NCBI RefSeq assembly: GCF_009914755.1
Contig: NC_060933.1
From: the human T2T-CHM13v2.0 reference genome, Homo sapiens
Reading direction: 5' to 3' (one strand)
Length of the DNA: 64,000 nt
Positions within the stretch are counted from its first letter, which is position 1. Every line of letters begins with the position of its first letter. The position numbers were made by a program, and so were the translations under genes. Of this stretch, positions 62,811-64,000 are shown in pieces. Under the pieces are notes generated by a model that was given only the letters and a program-made list of their open reading frames with translations, did not search any database and was not told the origin of the DNA.

Positions 62811-64000
62811 CAGCATGCGATCGCCTTTTGTTTTACTATGTTCTCTTCGGGACACTAATTCCGGATGCTGGCTTCATGACCGTGGTGACACTGGGGCCCT
62901 GATCCCTTTCTTTCCGGGTAGTGGAGGGGAGGTCCACAGCCCCCTGTATTGTTCACACCCTGTGTGCCCTCGAAGCCCAATGTCCCCAGTGCAAGGGTCC
63001 CTCAAGACAGTCCACCTGAGACAATCCCCAAGCTAAGGGTTTCCCTCAGGCCTGACTTTGTCCATCCGTACAAGGTGGCCACCAGGAGCTTCTTTAAATG
63101 CGGTCTAAACTTGGACCCAAACTTGAAGCTGTCATCAGCTCCTTGAAGTATGTTTGGAAGGAAATCAGCAGAGAAGAGCAAATGCACCCTCCCCAAGGAG
63201 TAAAATGATCCTGGTGCTCAGGAAGAGAGAGGATGCTTCCAGAATTCTGTGAGCCGAAGGACAGAGGAGACAAAGGTGGCTGACTTCCCAGCTGGAGCAA
63301 CGGGGATGTCGAGTTTAGGGAGACGCTGCCTTCATCCAGCAATCCTAGTGCACTCTGTGGGGAGCAGGGTGAGACCATCGGAGCCGCGCAGCCAACCAGT
63401 CAGTCCTCTGAGATGATTCTATTCTCTCCTCTCGCTTCCAAGCCAAAGTCTGGCATTCACCTGAGCCAAGCACATGCATGCACACACACACATAGACACA
63501 CACACGAAACAAATTAGAAGCCCTGTGGTTACCACCTTCAGTCCTCCTGTGGATACCTATGAAAGAATGTATTTTACTCCCACTTTTGCGAGTAGGGCCT
63601 GGGCAGCAGCCAGAGCTGGGGCTCTGGGGTCTGCACTCTCAGGATCAAGGCTCATACCCTTCTGCAGACACCAGGAATGCATGGCCAAGGGCAGCCCCAG
63701 GTTCCCCATCTAAGGGGACAGGGATGGCAACAGGTGAGGAGGATTAAAGGCACTAACCCGTGGCCTTAGCATCGAGGCTGATATGTGATAATCACCCAAT
63801 TTAGTTAGCCAATACTATTATCACATGCTAATAGAGATTCCGACTTGCGCAACAGGGAGGCTCTATCCATCACTTTCCTCTTCCACAAACGCACATGACA
63901 GTCGGGGTTGGCTTCCACCCCTTAATTGCGCAGTGGACAGTGTGCTGTCAAATGGAGCAACCAGTGAGGTCTACAAGAATGCCTTACGGAGGCAGCAAAA

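Overview
Primate (human-type) genomic DNA, very Alu-rich, recognisable from protein sequence as the GTF3C4/AK8 region (human 9q34, from memory). Left: the last three coding exons of GTF3C4 (TFIIIC subunit 4, + strand, Cys/His-rich C-terminus, stop 6167-6169) and a ~6 kb 3' UTR with several poly(A) signals. Right: the last two exons of AK8 (adenylate kinase 8, - strand, 44717-44797 and 42951-43188); everything above 44.8 kb is a large AK8 intron. The two genes are convergent, with ~30 kb between them made mostly of nested transposon fossils (L1, an ERV1 LTR with PBS and internal region, ERVL pol, MER4/MER52/MST solo LTRs, dozens of Alus). That interval also holds an orphan CpG-rich patch and a 7 x 45 bp minisatellite carrying E-boxes. 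The AK8 intron holds a Ricksha (MULE) transposon with an orphan partial duplicate, a Tigger3, very closely spaced inverted Alus, and repeat-free TAAT-dense CpG-rich blocks that look like developmental enhancers. I found no convincing novel coding system; the best candidates are regulatory. Repeat subfamily names come from remembered consensus similarity, and many repeat boundaries are approximate.
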